Source: a virus. Taken from it: DNA of 41,673 nucleotides. The stretch covers positions 1-41,673 of IMG/VR virus record IMGVR_UViG_3300000976_000007; one strand, 5' to 3'. A program made the translations under genes and the position numbers. Below the pieces are notes generated by a model, which had not been told where the DNA came from, ran no database searches, and saw only the letters and a list, made by a program, of their open reading frames with translations. Below, piece by piece: positions 34,674-41,673 of the stretch (position 1 is its first letter; each line of letters begins with the position of its first letter).

Positions 34674-34910
34674 ATGAAACAAGTTAAGCTAAATAAGGCA
34701 TTGCCTGCTAATAAACATGAAATGGAGTTAAAAATATTGTCTCTAGCATGTAATAGAGTGGACATCTCTATTAGAAGAGCAAAGGAGCAAATAGAAGAGT
34801 ATTCTCAGATGCCAGATACGGGTGCAAAAATGCTTTTGATTAAAAGCGAACAGCGTATTTTTAGAAAAGCAATACAGGAAGTTCTAGATACAATCCTAAC
34901 GGAGTTATAG
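34674..34910 (+). CDS. hypothetical protein (78 aa)
   Basis: AAGGAG SD; in the ORF track. Confidence 0.6.
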   Translation: MKQVKLNKALPANKHEMELKILSLACNRVDISIRRAKEQIEEYSQMPDTGAKMLLIKSEQRIFRKAIQEVLDTILTEL

Positions 34911-34911
34911 A

Positions 34912-35175
34912 ATGACAAAAAGTAATTTAACAGCAATGCCATTGCCAGTAGAAATACATAAAGTAAAAGACAGAGACAGGAGAAAACTATTATTAACGCG
35001 CTGGTGGGTTGATGGAGAAGCGGGGCTACCTCATTGGATTGAGATTAAAGTTCCGCATAGAGATGCACTAGAGTTAATAAACAGGCTGTTTGAATACTTA
35101 TCAAACCCAGAAGAGAGTAAGGTTGTATTGCCAATTGGGTGGTGCATAGTAGAAGACATAAAGGAGAAAAAATGA
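34912..35175 (+). CDS. hypothetical protein (87 aa)
   Basis: GGAG SD; in the ORF track. Confidence 0.6.
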   Translation: MTKSNLTAMPLPVEIHKVKDRDRRKLLLTRWWVDGEAGLPHWIEIKVPHRDALELINRLFEYLSNPEESKVVLPIGWCIVEDIKEKK

Positions 35176-35528
35176 AAACAATAACTACAATAATAATCTC
35201 ATTAATGGTTTCAGGATGCGGAGTCATTGATGTCGGAAAACTAGAAAGAAACTTAGGGGGATCTCAAGTTAAAAACTCTTACTCTTCTGGGTATGTGCCA
35301 AGAAGAGCTAGGAGTTGGACACAGAAATCAACTATTGAGTATAACCCAAGCCAGTTTAGCACAAACGGCTTAGAGAGAATTAAGGGTAAACTTAATTCTA
35401 GAAGAATTGAATACAAAACTCGATATAATGGCAAGACTAGGCGTTTAAACACAACTAGGAAAGTTCTTAGAAAAAAGTCTCGTAGGGGAACTCGCAGAAG
35501 GCTTAGGCTCAAGAAGAGGAGAAGGTAA
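35172..35528 (+). CDS. lipoprotein with extremely Arg/Lys-rich C-terminus (118 aa)
   Basis: AAGGAG 5-6 nt upstream of the internal ATG at 35172. N-terminus MKTITTIIISLMVSGC (lipobox VSGC); tail RRLNTTRKVLRKKSRRGTRRRLRLKKRRR. Confidence 0.55.
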   Translation: MKTITTIIISLMVSGCGVIDVGKLERNLGGSQVKNSYSSGYVPRRARSWTQKSTIEYNPSQFSTNGLERIKGKLNSRRIEYKTRYNGKTRRLNTTRKVLRKKSRRGTRRRLRLKKRRR

Positions 35529-35746
35529 TGTTAAATGCAATAATAAATGCACTTGCTGCTGGTAACTCAAAAGAGCAAGCGAGTTTCTTAAACTCTTTGT
35601 CTTTGTCTTTGAAGTTTGCTTGCAAAGAAAAATTAGGAAATCAAATTTACTATATTTGTGGAGATCTAGATCAAAACTCCAGGGCTGTAATAAAAGAGTT
35701 TCATGAAACACTAGAATTTCTTTCGGAGAATAAGAATGAAAGTTAA
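35528..35746 (+). CDS. hypothetical protein (72 aa)
   Basis: GGAGAAGG SD and TAATG overlap with the upstream stop. Confidence 0.55.
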   Translation: MLNAIINALAAGNSKEQASFLNSLSLSLKFACKEKLGNQIYYICGDLDQNSRAVIKEFHETLEFLSENKNES

Positions 35747-36014
35747 ACATTTAAAAAAGAGGCTTACTAAGTATCTAAGGCTGTTGGAAGACTTGGATGA
35801 GGAGGCTGTAATCGAGCTAGACACACAAGTAAACTTTATTGACCTAACCTCTGAATATGATGATGACTTAATTCAAGTAGACATTACTACTCAGGTTAAG
35901 GGGATTAAAACTTCATATACAATGGTGGGTCAAGATAGTGGGTCTATAGAGGAAAGGACAAGGGACAGACATTTTATTCTACTTGCTTCAACATGTAATT
36001 GGAGCTGGGCATAA
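35736..36014 (+). CDS. hypothetical acidic protein (92 aa)
   Basis: GGAG 7 nt upstream; in the ORF track. Confidence 0.55.
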   Translation: MKVKHLKKRLTKYLRLLEDLDEEAVIELDTQVNFIDLTSEYDDDLIQVDITTQVKGIKTSYTMVGQDSGSIEERTRDRHFILLASTCNWSWA

Positions 36015-36253
36015 TGGACACTAGAATGGAAAACTTCAATGTCTTTGAGCAAGCAAGAGAGGACGCTATTAATAACCTTGTTAAGACAATGTTTGGAATA
36101 GTAACAAAATTTTTTTCTCAAAATAAAAATGACGTTCCTGAGTCAGTAAAGAAAGAAGTTCTAACCAGGTTTGCTAATTCAATTTTAGATGAAGTAAGGA
36201 CTAGACAAGATTGTAAGATTTTTGTAAATTTAGAAAACAAATATAACAACTAA
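36014..36253 (+). CDS. hypothetical protein (79 aa)
   Basis: ATG at 36014 overlaps the upstream TAA. The track start at 35999 is a TTG. Confidence 0.5.
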   Translation: MDTRMENFNVFEQAREDAINNLVKTMFGIVTKFFSQNKNDVPESVKKEVLTRFANSILDEVRTRQDCKIFVNLENKYNN

Positions 36254-36271
36254 CTAACGGAGAATACGACT

Positions 36272-37102
36272 ATGGAAATAATCAATTACGAAAATCAAAA
36301 AACTATTGAGCTGATGAAAAAGTCAGTTGCTCAAGGAGCGACTGATGCAGAGTTTGGTTTGTTTGTTAAGGCTTGCCAAGCTACGGGGTTAAATCCATTT
36401 AAAAAAGAAGTATGGTTTATAAAAGTTAAAGGTGCTGTTCAAATTATGACTGGCATTAATGGCTATTATGCCATCGCAAACAGACACCCGAAATTTGATG
36501 GAATTGAAACTGAAATTGTAGAAGAAAATGGAAAAGTAATTAAAGCTATTGCTAGGGTTTATCGAAAAGATCGCTCAAGACCAATGGTTGCTGAGGCATA
36601 TATGCAAGAATATGCGAAGAACTACGGTAACTGGAAAACGATGCCAAGGGTTATGATCGGAAAGTGTGCGGAGTCTACAGCCCTACGGAAAGCTTTCCCT
36701 CAAGAAATGAATGGAACTTATACTGAAGAGGAAATGCCAGATAAGTTTTCGAAAAGTGCTAAGGCTTTTTATGATGAGCCAACAGGGCAAGAGGTAATGC
36801 CTAAAGAGCCAGAGCCCTCAATTGATGGTGAGTTTGAAGAGGTCGAGTTTGTAATGCCTGATTTAGATTGGTGGGGCTATACTCTACAAGAAGAGAAGAG
36901 CGTATTTAATGGAATGACTTTACATTCGATATACAGTCAAGAACCTGAGTGGTTATCTAAGAAGCTCGGCTTTCTTGGGTCTGAAGATCAAGAGGCGGTT
37001 AGGAATGTTCTTATTTTAATTAATCATAAGCAGTTTTATAACGAAAACGTTGATTCTACGGATGGTCTGGTCAAGCAAGGGTCTGACTTAATTCAGGAGT
37101 AA
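36272..37102 (+). CDS. bet: single-strand annealing recombinase, Red-beta (Bet) / RecT superfamily
   Basis: ATDAEFGLFVKACQATGLNPFKKEVWFI, RVYRKDRSRPMVAEAYMQEY and MIGKCAESTALRKAFP align by eye with lambda Bet blocks (ASDAQFIALLIVANQYGLNPWTKEIYAF, RIYRKDRNHPICVTEWMDEC, MLRHKAMIQCARLAFG). Confidence 0.8.
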   Translation: MEIINYENQKTIELMKKSVAQGATDAEFGLFVKACQATGLNPFKKEVWFIKVKGAVQIMTGINGYYAIANRHPKFDGIETEIVEENGKVIKAIARVYRKDRSRPMVAEAYMQEYAKNYGNWKTMPRVMIGKCAESTALRKAFPQEMNGTYTEEEMPDKFSKSAKAFYDEPTGQEVMPKEPEPSIDGEFEEVEFVMPDLDWWGYTLQEEKSVFNGMTLHSIYSQEPEWLSKKLGFLGSEDQEAVRNVLILINHKQFYNENVDSTDGLVKQGSDLIQE

Positions 37103-37178
37103 CGGATAGTTTACAGAAGCTAAAATGGATTCTTTTTGTATCCTTGGTTGTCGTTGACTTTTTAGTTTCTGGGCGTTT

Positions 37179-37213
37179 GGCTGTATCGCTTGAATAACAG
37201 CCTTTTTATTTTT
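37179..37213 (+). terminator. rho-independent terminator after bet
   Basis: GGCTGT (37179-84) pairs with ACAGCC (37197-202), followed by TTTTTATTTTT. Confidence 0.55.
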
Positions 37214-37237
37214 ACTAAAACTACATGGAGTAGAAAG

Positions 37238-37519
37238 ATGAAAAGAGCAGATACATCAAGACGTTTTTTAATATTTGGTGGTTCTTGTTATTACCCAGGC
37301 GGTGGCACAAGTAGTTGTATTTGTAGTGTGGACACACTTAAGCAGGCCATGTTTATAGTAAAGAGTTCTACGCTTCCTTATGCTGGAACAAAGACTGGCT
37401 ATTGGGAAATTTATGACCAGAAAGAAAGAAAAGTTGTTTGGGAAGCTGAGGATTTTCCTTATTGGAGTTCTTCTGACATGCTTACAGCAATAGAGAGAGA
37501 ATTAGAAACCTCAAGATAG
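37238..37519 (+). CDS. hypothetical protein (93 aa) with FGGSCYYPGGG motif
   Basis: GGAG 8 nt upstream of the ATG at 37238. The track TTG start at 37190 lies inside the terminator. Confidence 0.55.
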   Translation: MKRADTSRRFLIFGGSCYYPGGGTSSCICSVDTLKQAMFIVKSSTLPYAGTKTGYWEIYDQKERKVVWEAEDFPYWSSSDMLTAIERELETSR

Positions 37520-37527
37520 GATAAAAG

Positions 37528-37896
37528 ATGACTGAAGAAATAGAGGAGATACTAATACAAAGGCTTTCTCTTCTCGAGATGGAAGTTGATAGACTAAAGC
37601 GAAAACTTAAAGCTAAGAAAGACGAAGTTGAGATATTTCACGCAACAAAAGTAATCTCAAAACACGAAAGACGCTATCTTTCACATGAGGGCTTCTTGGA
37701 GCACTTAAAATATTTCTTTGCTAGACAATTAGCTGAGTTCATTTGCGAGAAAGCTACTTATCTTGAGCATAATGTAGATAGAGATTATACAAATGCTGTT
37801 ACGACTATTGCTATCGTCTTACCAAAGCAAAAAGAAGGCATAAGGAAAGCTAGGCCACTAACAAGTGATGAGTATCAGGGGTTTAATAATGAGTAA
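37528..37896 (+). CDS. hypothetical coiled-coil protein (122 aa)
   Basis: ORF track; AGGA upstream. Confidence 0.55.
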   Translation: MTEEIEEILIQRLSLLEMEVDRLKRKLKAKKDEVEIFHATKVISKHERRYLSHEGFLEHLKYFFARQLAEFICEKATYLEHNVDRDYTNAVTTIAIVLPKQKEGIRKARPLTSDEYQGFNNE

Positions 37897-38257
37897 ATAC
37901 TTAGACAGCGCAGTAAAGAAAGCAGTAATTCAGGTTATGGAAAAGAAGCCAAGGGCTAGAGATGGCGGTATGCATTTAGTTCTTTGTGTTTGGGCAAAAC
38001 AGATGCCAGAGCTACTACCACACCTGCAAGCAATTCAATCAGCGTTTAAAGCAGGTCAAATAAGCAAAATTGGTTCTATAGACAGATGTCGACGGAAAGT
38101 TGAAGAAGAATTTCCTTCATTAAGGGGTGCTACTTATGATAAAAGACAAAGAAAGTCTAAAAGAGTAAGTAAAGAAATGATGGAGAAGACGAATGCACCC
38201 ACCCAAGGTATTCCAAAGCAAGAAACAATTGGATTCAGAGATCCTAAGTTTAGTTAG
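37889..38257 (+). CDS. hypothetical basic protein (122 aa)
   Basis: AGGGG 8 nt upstream of the ATG at 37889. The earlier GTG/ATG starts have no SD. Confidence 0.5.
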   Translation: MSKYLDSAVKKAVIQVMEKKPRARDGGMHLVLCVWAKQMPELLPHLQAIQSAFKAGQISKIGSIDRCRRKVEEEFPSLRGATYDKRQRKSKRVSKEMMEKTNAPTQGIPKQETIGFRDPKFS

Positions 38258-38369
38258 AGAGTATGAAAGACAGACAGGAATTGAGATCTCTTCTATTAAT
38301 ATTGAGAAGTATGTTGATAAGAGTGGGCACTTACAGATTCAAGATGTTGTTTGTGTTACAAAGGCATAA
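38193..38369 (+). CDS. possible small protein (58 aa, below ORF-track cutoff)
   Basis: GGAG 7 nt upstream, and its stop overlaps the next ATG (TAATG). However it overlaps the previous ORF by 65 nt. Confidence 0.3.
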   Translation: MHPPKVFQSKKQLDSEILSLVREYERQTGIEISSINIEKYVDKSGHLQIQDVVCVTKA

Positions 38370-38671
38370 TGAGCGAAGTCGATTCTTCAGTGCAGATACC
38401 ATTCGGAGAGAAAGATTCTCGCCTGCCTTTATCGTATAGAAACTTAGCAAGTGCAGTAATTAACCGAGCATTAGTTGATGTCGGTGTTAAAGTGGAAGGT
38501 TTTTCAGAAAGCTCAGCAAGTAGTGTTGAGGAAAGAACGGCGTATCGTTTTTTTTTCAGTAGTTCAAAGAAAGAATGTTCGTTTTATTGGTGGTGTAAGT
38601 TGGTTGATATTGACCCAATGATAATTAGAAAGGAGATACTTAATGTCAGAAGAAAAAAGACTACTAGATAA
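38369..38671 (+). CDS. hypothetical protein (100 aa)
   Basis: ATG at 38369 within the track ORF that starts with a TTG at 38351. Confidence 0.5.
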   Translation: MSEVDSSVQIPFGEKDSRLPLSYRNLASAVINRALVDVGVKVEGFSESSASSVEERTAYRFFFSSSKKECSFYWWCKLVDIDPMIIRKEILNVRRKKTTR

Positions 38672-39089
38672 TACAATGCAAAGTCCAGATGACAGGTTTT
38701 GGACTTGTTACTATTTTTACCCTGAAGTATTCACGCCAGTTTGCACAACAGAAATAAAACAGTTTGAAGTTCTAAGACCTTTGTTTGAGTCTGAAGATTG
38801 CCATTTAGTAGCTGTTAACTATGCTGACTCAATAGAGCAAGATAAGTTTTTTAAGTCATTAGATATCGGTGATAAGTATATATTTGCCCAGGATATTAAC
38901 CACGAGCAAGCTAAGAAGTTTAACGCTTACAGTGATGAGCTAGGCATTTGCGATAGGCTAGTTGTTATCTGTAACCCACTCGGAGTAGCCCAGTTTGTTC
39001 AAGTCTTTCCACAAAATATAGCTAGAAGTCCAGCTAATATACTATCGGCATTGATAGCGATCCAGTCAGGAGACGAGTGTGATGATTAA
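38643..39089 (+). CDS. peroxiredoxin-like (AhpC/TSA, thioredoxin-fold) protein (148 aa)
   Basis: FYPEVFTPVCTTE contains the peroxiredoxin active-site pattern PxxxTxxC. AAGGAG SD upstream. Confidence 0.6.
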   Translation: MSEEKRLLDNTMQSPDDRFWTCYYFYPEVFTPVCTTEIKQFEVLRPLFESEDCHLVAVNYADSIEQDKFFKSLDIGDKYIFAQDINHEQAKKFNAYSDELGICDRLVVICNPLGVAQFVQVFPQNIARSPANILSALIAIQSGDECDD

Positions 39090-39498
39090 GGTCTTATTAA
39101 TTATAATATTAGTTTTAATCATATTTTGTTTGGGTATTTTGTTTACTTTGCTCGTCAAAAAGGATGAGTGCCCTAAGTTATTTCTCATGCAGAAGATAGC
39201 AGATGCTTATATGGATGGAATTATTTCAATCGACGACTTCGTGTTTGTAAGGAAGTTATTTCAAAACCAACTAAAGGAGAAAGAAATGGAGGAAGAAAAA
39301 CAAGAGGAGTTTGCAAACACTCTGGATAGACTAGAGATAAGAAAAGCTAAGAATAATGAATGGTATTGGGTTGCTATTTCTAAAGGCAACCACGAAGAGA
39401 CAGGAAGCTCTTTGCCAGAGACCTACAAGAACAAACTTGATTGCTTAAATAATGCTAGACGTTTTGGCTTAGGGATGGAGAAAGAGTATGGAGAATAA
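39079..39498 (+). CDS. membrane-anchored protein with C-terminal YegP/DUF1508-like domain (139 aa)
   Basis: N-terminal hydrophobic helix IKVLLIIILVLIIFCLGILFTLLV. The C-terminal NNEWYWVAISKGNHEETGSSLPETYKNKLDCLNNARRFG resembles the YegP repeat. Confidence 0.5.
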   Translation: MMIKVLLIIILVLIIFCLGILFTLLVKKDECPKLFLMQKIADAYMDGIISIDDFVFVRKLFQNQLKEKEMEEEKQEEFANTLDRLEIRKAKNNEWYWVAISKGNHEETGSSLPETYKNKLDCLNNARRFGLGMEKEYGE

Positions 39499-39739
39499 TG
39501 TTGAGGTGATTAAATCAAAAAGACGTCACTTTAGATCGCCAGTTAATGACAGAAGAAAGGACATAAAGGACGGAAAAACAGCATTAATAGCTTTTGATTT
39601 TCAAGATGATTTTTATAAGGTTGCTTTAAGTAACCCAACGCCAGCCGAACTGTTAGAGGCATATAAGGCTCATGTAGCCAATACCCATTTCTATTTTTTT
39701 AAAGATAGAATGAAAAACTTTAATCGATGGACTAAATAA
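39488..39739 (+). CDS. hypothetical protein (83 aa)
   Basis: GGAGAAAGAG SD; in the ORF track. Confidence 0.55.
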   Translation: MENNVEVIKSKRRHFRSPVNDRRKDIKDGKTALIAFDFQDDFYKVALSNPTPAELLEAYKAHVANTHFYFFKDRMKNFNRWTK

Positions 39740-39749
39740 GGAGAAAAAG

Positions 39750-40268
39750 ATGAAATATTCAATAATAAAATACCTATGTTTTTTAGTGTCAGCCTTAACT
39801 ATTTTTGGGTTGGTAGTTGCTTGTGGTGGTAGCGGGGATTTTGGAGATTTTGAAACCGAAATACCTATTATGGAAATAGTGCCAACACCTGAGCCAGAGC
39901 CAACAGAAGAGCCAGAGTGCCCGAGAGATGATTTTACTAATGAAGATTGTGCTGAGCTATCATTTAATGACGGCAGAGGTGGTGATCTTTGGAAGCCAGT
40001 AAGTGAATCTGATGGAAAGCCTGCATATCTCTTAAATGGTGGTTATCAGGGAACTGCGAGTGTTCAGCTTGAATTGATCTCTGGGGGCTTTGAGGATATG
40101 AGGTTTGCGAATTGCTCAAATGAGGATGGATCTTTTAATAACAATTTAAGACAAACTTTTAGAGCAAATCAAGATTGCACTGCTTACACAGGTAGGGTAA
40201 TTGTAACCGACGCAACTAAAAGCTGTGATTTTGATCTACCAGCCAATCCTTGTGAGAGAATTGATTAA
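39750..40268 (+). CDS. Cys-rich lipoprotein (172 aa)
   Basis: AAGGAG SD. N-terminus MKYSIIKYLCFLVSALTIFGLVVAC (lipobox VVAC), an acidic Pro/Glu linker, and several Cys in the predicted mature part. Confidence 0.6.
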   Translation: MKYSIIKYLCFLVSALTIFGLVVACGGSGDFGDFETEIPIMEIVPTPEPEPTEEPECPRDDFTNEDCAELSFNDGRGGDLWKPVSESDGKPAYLLNGGYQGTASVQLELISGGFEDMRFANCSNEDGSFNNNLRQTFRANQDCTAYTGRVIVTDATKSCDFDLPANPCERID

Positions 40269-40498
40269 TGGAAGATATTGAACCGCTTAAATTGCTGGAA
40301 GATGATGCAGTCTTGGAGTTCGATTTTAGCGACTTCAAGCTATATTTTATAGCGATAGTCCTACTAGCCATATACTCATTTGTAGTAGCTGGCTGGGCAG
40401 GACTATCAATCATAATACTTAGTAAGTATGTAACACATAATATATTGGCTAATATAGTAGCTAACAAAAAGGATAAAAATGGAAATAAAAGAACTTAA
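40268..40498 (+). CDS. small membrane protein (76 aa)
   Basis: TAATG overlap with the upstream stop. Hydrophobic region LYFIAIVLLAIYSFVVAGWAGLSIIIL. Confidence 0.55.
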   Translation: MEDIEPLKLLEDDAVLEFDFSDFKLYFIAIVLLAIYSFVVAGWAGLSIIILSKYVTHNILANIVANKKDKNGNKRT

Positions 40499-40844
40499 AA
40501 AATTAATGAAGCCAACAAAAGATGCTTTTGCAAGGGAGCTTCAAAAGCGTTTGATGGATGTGATGGTAGATCAGGCTAAGATTATAACGAGCCATGGTTT
40601 ATATTCACTAGTTAACCCTAGTGAAACTGAAGATAGTTCTCAAATTAAGAATGTTGTTTTAGCTTCACTCGCTGTTACAAATAGTGAAATAAGTAATATT
40701 GTAGCTGAGATGGTTAAGATTGGCATTGCAAAGCCAGGAAAGAAAAATACCAAAAAGAAAGCTATTAAAAAGAAGCCTACTAAGAAGAAAGCAAAGAAAA
40801 AGGCAACAAAAAAGAAAACAACTAAGCGAAAAAAGAGAAAGTAA
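40479..40844 (+). CDS. protein with histone-H1-like Lys-rich C-terminal tail (121 aa)
   Basis: C-terminus KPGKKNTKKKAIKKKPTKKKAKKKATKKKTTKRKKRK. Confidence 0.55.
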   Translation: MEIKELKKLMKPTKDAFARELQKRLMDVMVDQAKIITSHGLYSLVNPSETEDSSQIKNVVLASLAVTNSEISNIVAEMVKIGIAKPGKKNTKKKAIKKKPTKKKAKKKATKKKTTKRKKRK

Positions 40845-41024
40845 ATGCCAAAAGCATTAAGCTTAGAAGTTACGTCGATAGAAGAGGAGCTTATTACTGA
40901 AATCACTAATTCTAGTGACTGGAAAGTGAAAGCTCTGATTCGTCGATTAGCTAACCGATCTTACTTTCTTGGGTATCATGAGGGGTTGTCTGATCGAGAT
41001 AGTGATATAGAACAAGAGAAGTAA
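40845..41024 (+). CDS. hypothetical acidic protein (59 aa, below ORF-track cutoff)
   Basis: ATG lies immediately after the upstream TAA. Translation MPKALSLEVTSIEEELITEITNSSDWKVKALIRRLANRSYFLGYHEGLSDRDSDIEQEK. Confidence 0.45.
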   Translation: MPKALSLEVTSIEEELITEITNSSDWKVKALIRRLANRSYFLGYHEGLSDRDSDIEQEK

Positions 41025-41029
41025 AGCTA

Positions 41030-41341
41030 ATGAAAACTCTAAAAACAGATACTCAGGTCTTGCGAAAAGCAATAGATACCTTTGGGGTAAATACTCAATA
41101 CACTATTTGTATGGAAGAGTGTGCTGAATTAATTCAGGCTTGCTCTAAGGCGATTAGATGTAGTTCTAGACAAGATACTATTGAACACTTATTGGAAGAG
41201 ATAGCTGATGTTCAGGTTATGCTAAACCAACTAATTCTTATAGCAGATGGTTATGGATTTAGTGCTGATGAGTTTGAAGAGATATATAAAGAAAAGATTT
41301 ATAATCTTCGTGATATGCTGGAGGGCAAACGTGGAACTTAG
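41030..41341 (+). CDS. mazG: MazG-like nucleotide pyrophosphohydrolase (small all-alpha NTP-PPase, 103 aa)
   Basis: MEECAELIQACSKAIR followed by LLEEIADVQVMLNQL, the paired EExxE / ExxD helices typical of MazG-like proteins. Confidence 0.6.
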   Translation: MKTLKTDTQVLRKAIDTFGVNTQYTICMEECAELIQACSKAIRCSSRQDTIEHLLEEIADVQVMLNQLILIADGYGFSADEFEEIYKEKIYNLRDMLEGKRGT

Positions 41342-41558
41342 GGAGGTTTATTGCTACGATGCTAAGACAGTAGTTGATTATCTTATTCGTTTTAAAAAAG
41401 CCAGTGGGGTCAGCTACCGTGAAATGGCTAGAGATATTGGATGTAGTTATGCTTATTTGCATGATGTGATGTCAGGTGTATTACCGCCAGCTGATAAGAT
41501 TGCCGAATATCTGTGCTTGGAAAAGAAAACTGTCTTTGTTGTAAAAAAAGAGATTTAA
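41247..41558 (+). CDS. XRE-type helix-turn-helix protein (start codon unresolved)
   Basis: SGVSYREMARDIGCSYAYLHDVMSG is HTH-like. The only in-frame ATGs lie 73-95 nt inside mazG and lack an SD. A strong AGGGAGG at 41339-45 has no in-frame start after it. Confidence 0.45.
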   Translation: MVMDLVLMSLKRYIKKRFIIFVICWRANVELREVYCYDAKTVVDYLIRFKKASGVSYREMARDIGCSYAYLHDVMSGVLPPADKIAEYLCLEKKTVFVVKKEI

Positions 41559-41624
41559 TAAACAAGAAGTAACAACACCTAAAAGAATCCTTTCTAGAAC
41601 CTCTGTAATCTAAACATCATTAAC

Positions 41625-41673
41625 AATTACAATGGAGATACAGATGTTCATTCAACAACAACCAAACATACTA
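41625..41673. repeat. second copy of the 49-bp terminal direct repeat
   Basis: Identical to 1-49. Contains a duplicate of the ATG and first 14 codons of ORF 8-190. Confidence 0.95.

Noticed and set aside
34406-34765. 119-aa minus-strand ORF across the start of the early operon.
   Set aside because: It overlaps two SD-supported + strand genes and the promoter region. It has low-complexity hydrophobic composition and no SD.
41320-41352. prfB-style +1 programmed frameshift fusing MazG to the HTH domain at ACT TAG G, with SD-like GGAGGG upstream.
   Set aside because: The P-site codon ACU cannot re-pair well in the +1 frame. The SD-like element is 11-16 nt from the stop rather than about 3 nt. 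A MazG-HTH fusion has no precedent I know of.
1-41673. Stop-codon reassignment (TAG or TGA recoding), as seen in some phages.
   Set aside because: TAA, TAG and TGA all terminate well-supported genes at positions where the next gene starts immediately. No long gene appears broken by in-frame stops.

Overview
The window is a complete, closed genome of a tailed dsDNA phage. Nucleotides 1-49 are repeated exactly at 41625-41673, so the unique length is 41,624 bp. About 80 tightly packed genes are present, many with ATGA/TAATG start-stop overlaps and clear Shine-Dalgarno sites, and all but two lie on the + strand.

Layout:
- (i) A late/structural operon spans about 846-32498. It encodes small and large terminase, portal, Mu-F-like and Mu-G-like head morphogenesis proteins, scaffold and major capsid. 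Next come two very large fibre-like proteins with signal peptides, connector genes and the major tail protein. These are followed by tail chaperones with an A_AAA_AAG -1 frameshift, a 1098-aa tape measure, tail-tip and fibre genes, and a lysis cassette (M15-type peptidase, small lipoprotein, holin-like protein).
- (ii) A 275-bp structured non-coding region (32499-32774) holds four stem-loop/T-run elements and AGTTGT iteron-like repeats.
- (iii) A two-gene minus-strand unit encodes a winged-helix Rep-like initiator containing in-gene repeats and a VRR-NUC nuclease.
- (iv) An 80-bp switch region contains overlapping divergent sigma70-like promoters.
- (v) A + strand early block runs 34450-41558 and wraps to 8-569. 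It encodes a Red-beta/Bet recombinase, a peroxiredoxin-like protein, a YegP-like protein, several lipoproteins, a histone-H1-like Lys-rich protein, a MazG-like protein, an XRE-type HTH protein and many small unknowns.

I recognised no integrase, transposase, partition genes, DNA polymerase, tRNA or CRISPR array.

The most unusual features are a cassette of exported (Sec signal peptide) fibre-like proteins inside the virion module, and accessory gene islands wedged into the Mu-type head module. The multi-hairpin/iteron region next to rep and the overlapping divergent promoters are also unusual.

All family assignments come from motifs read by eye; no database search was possible.
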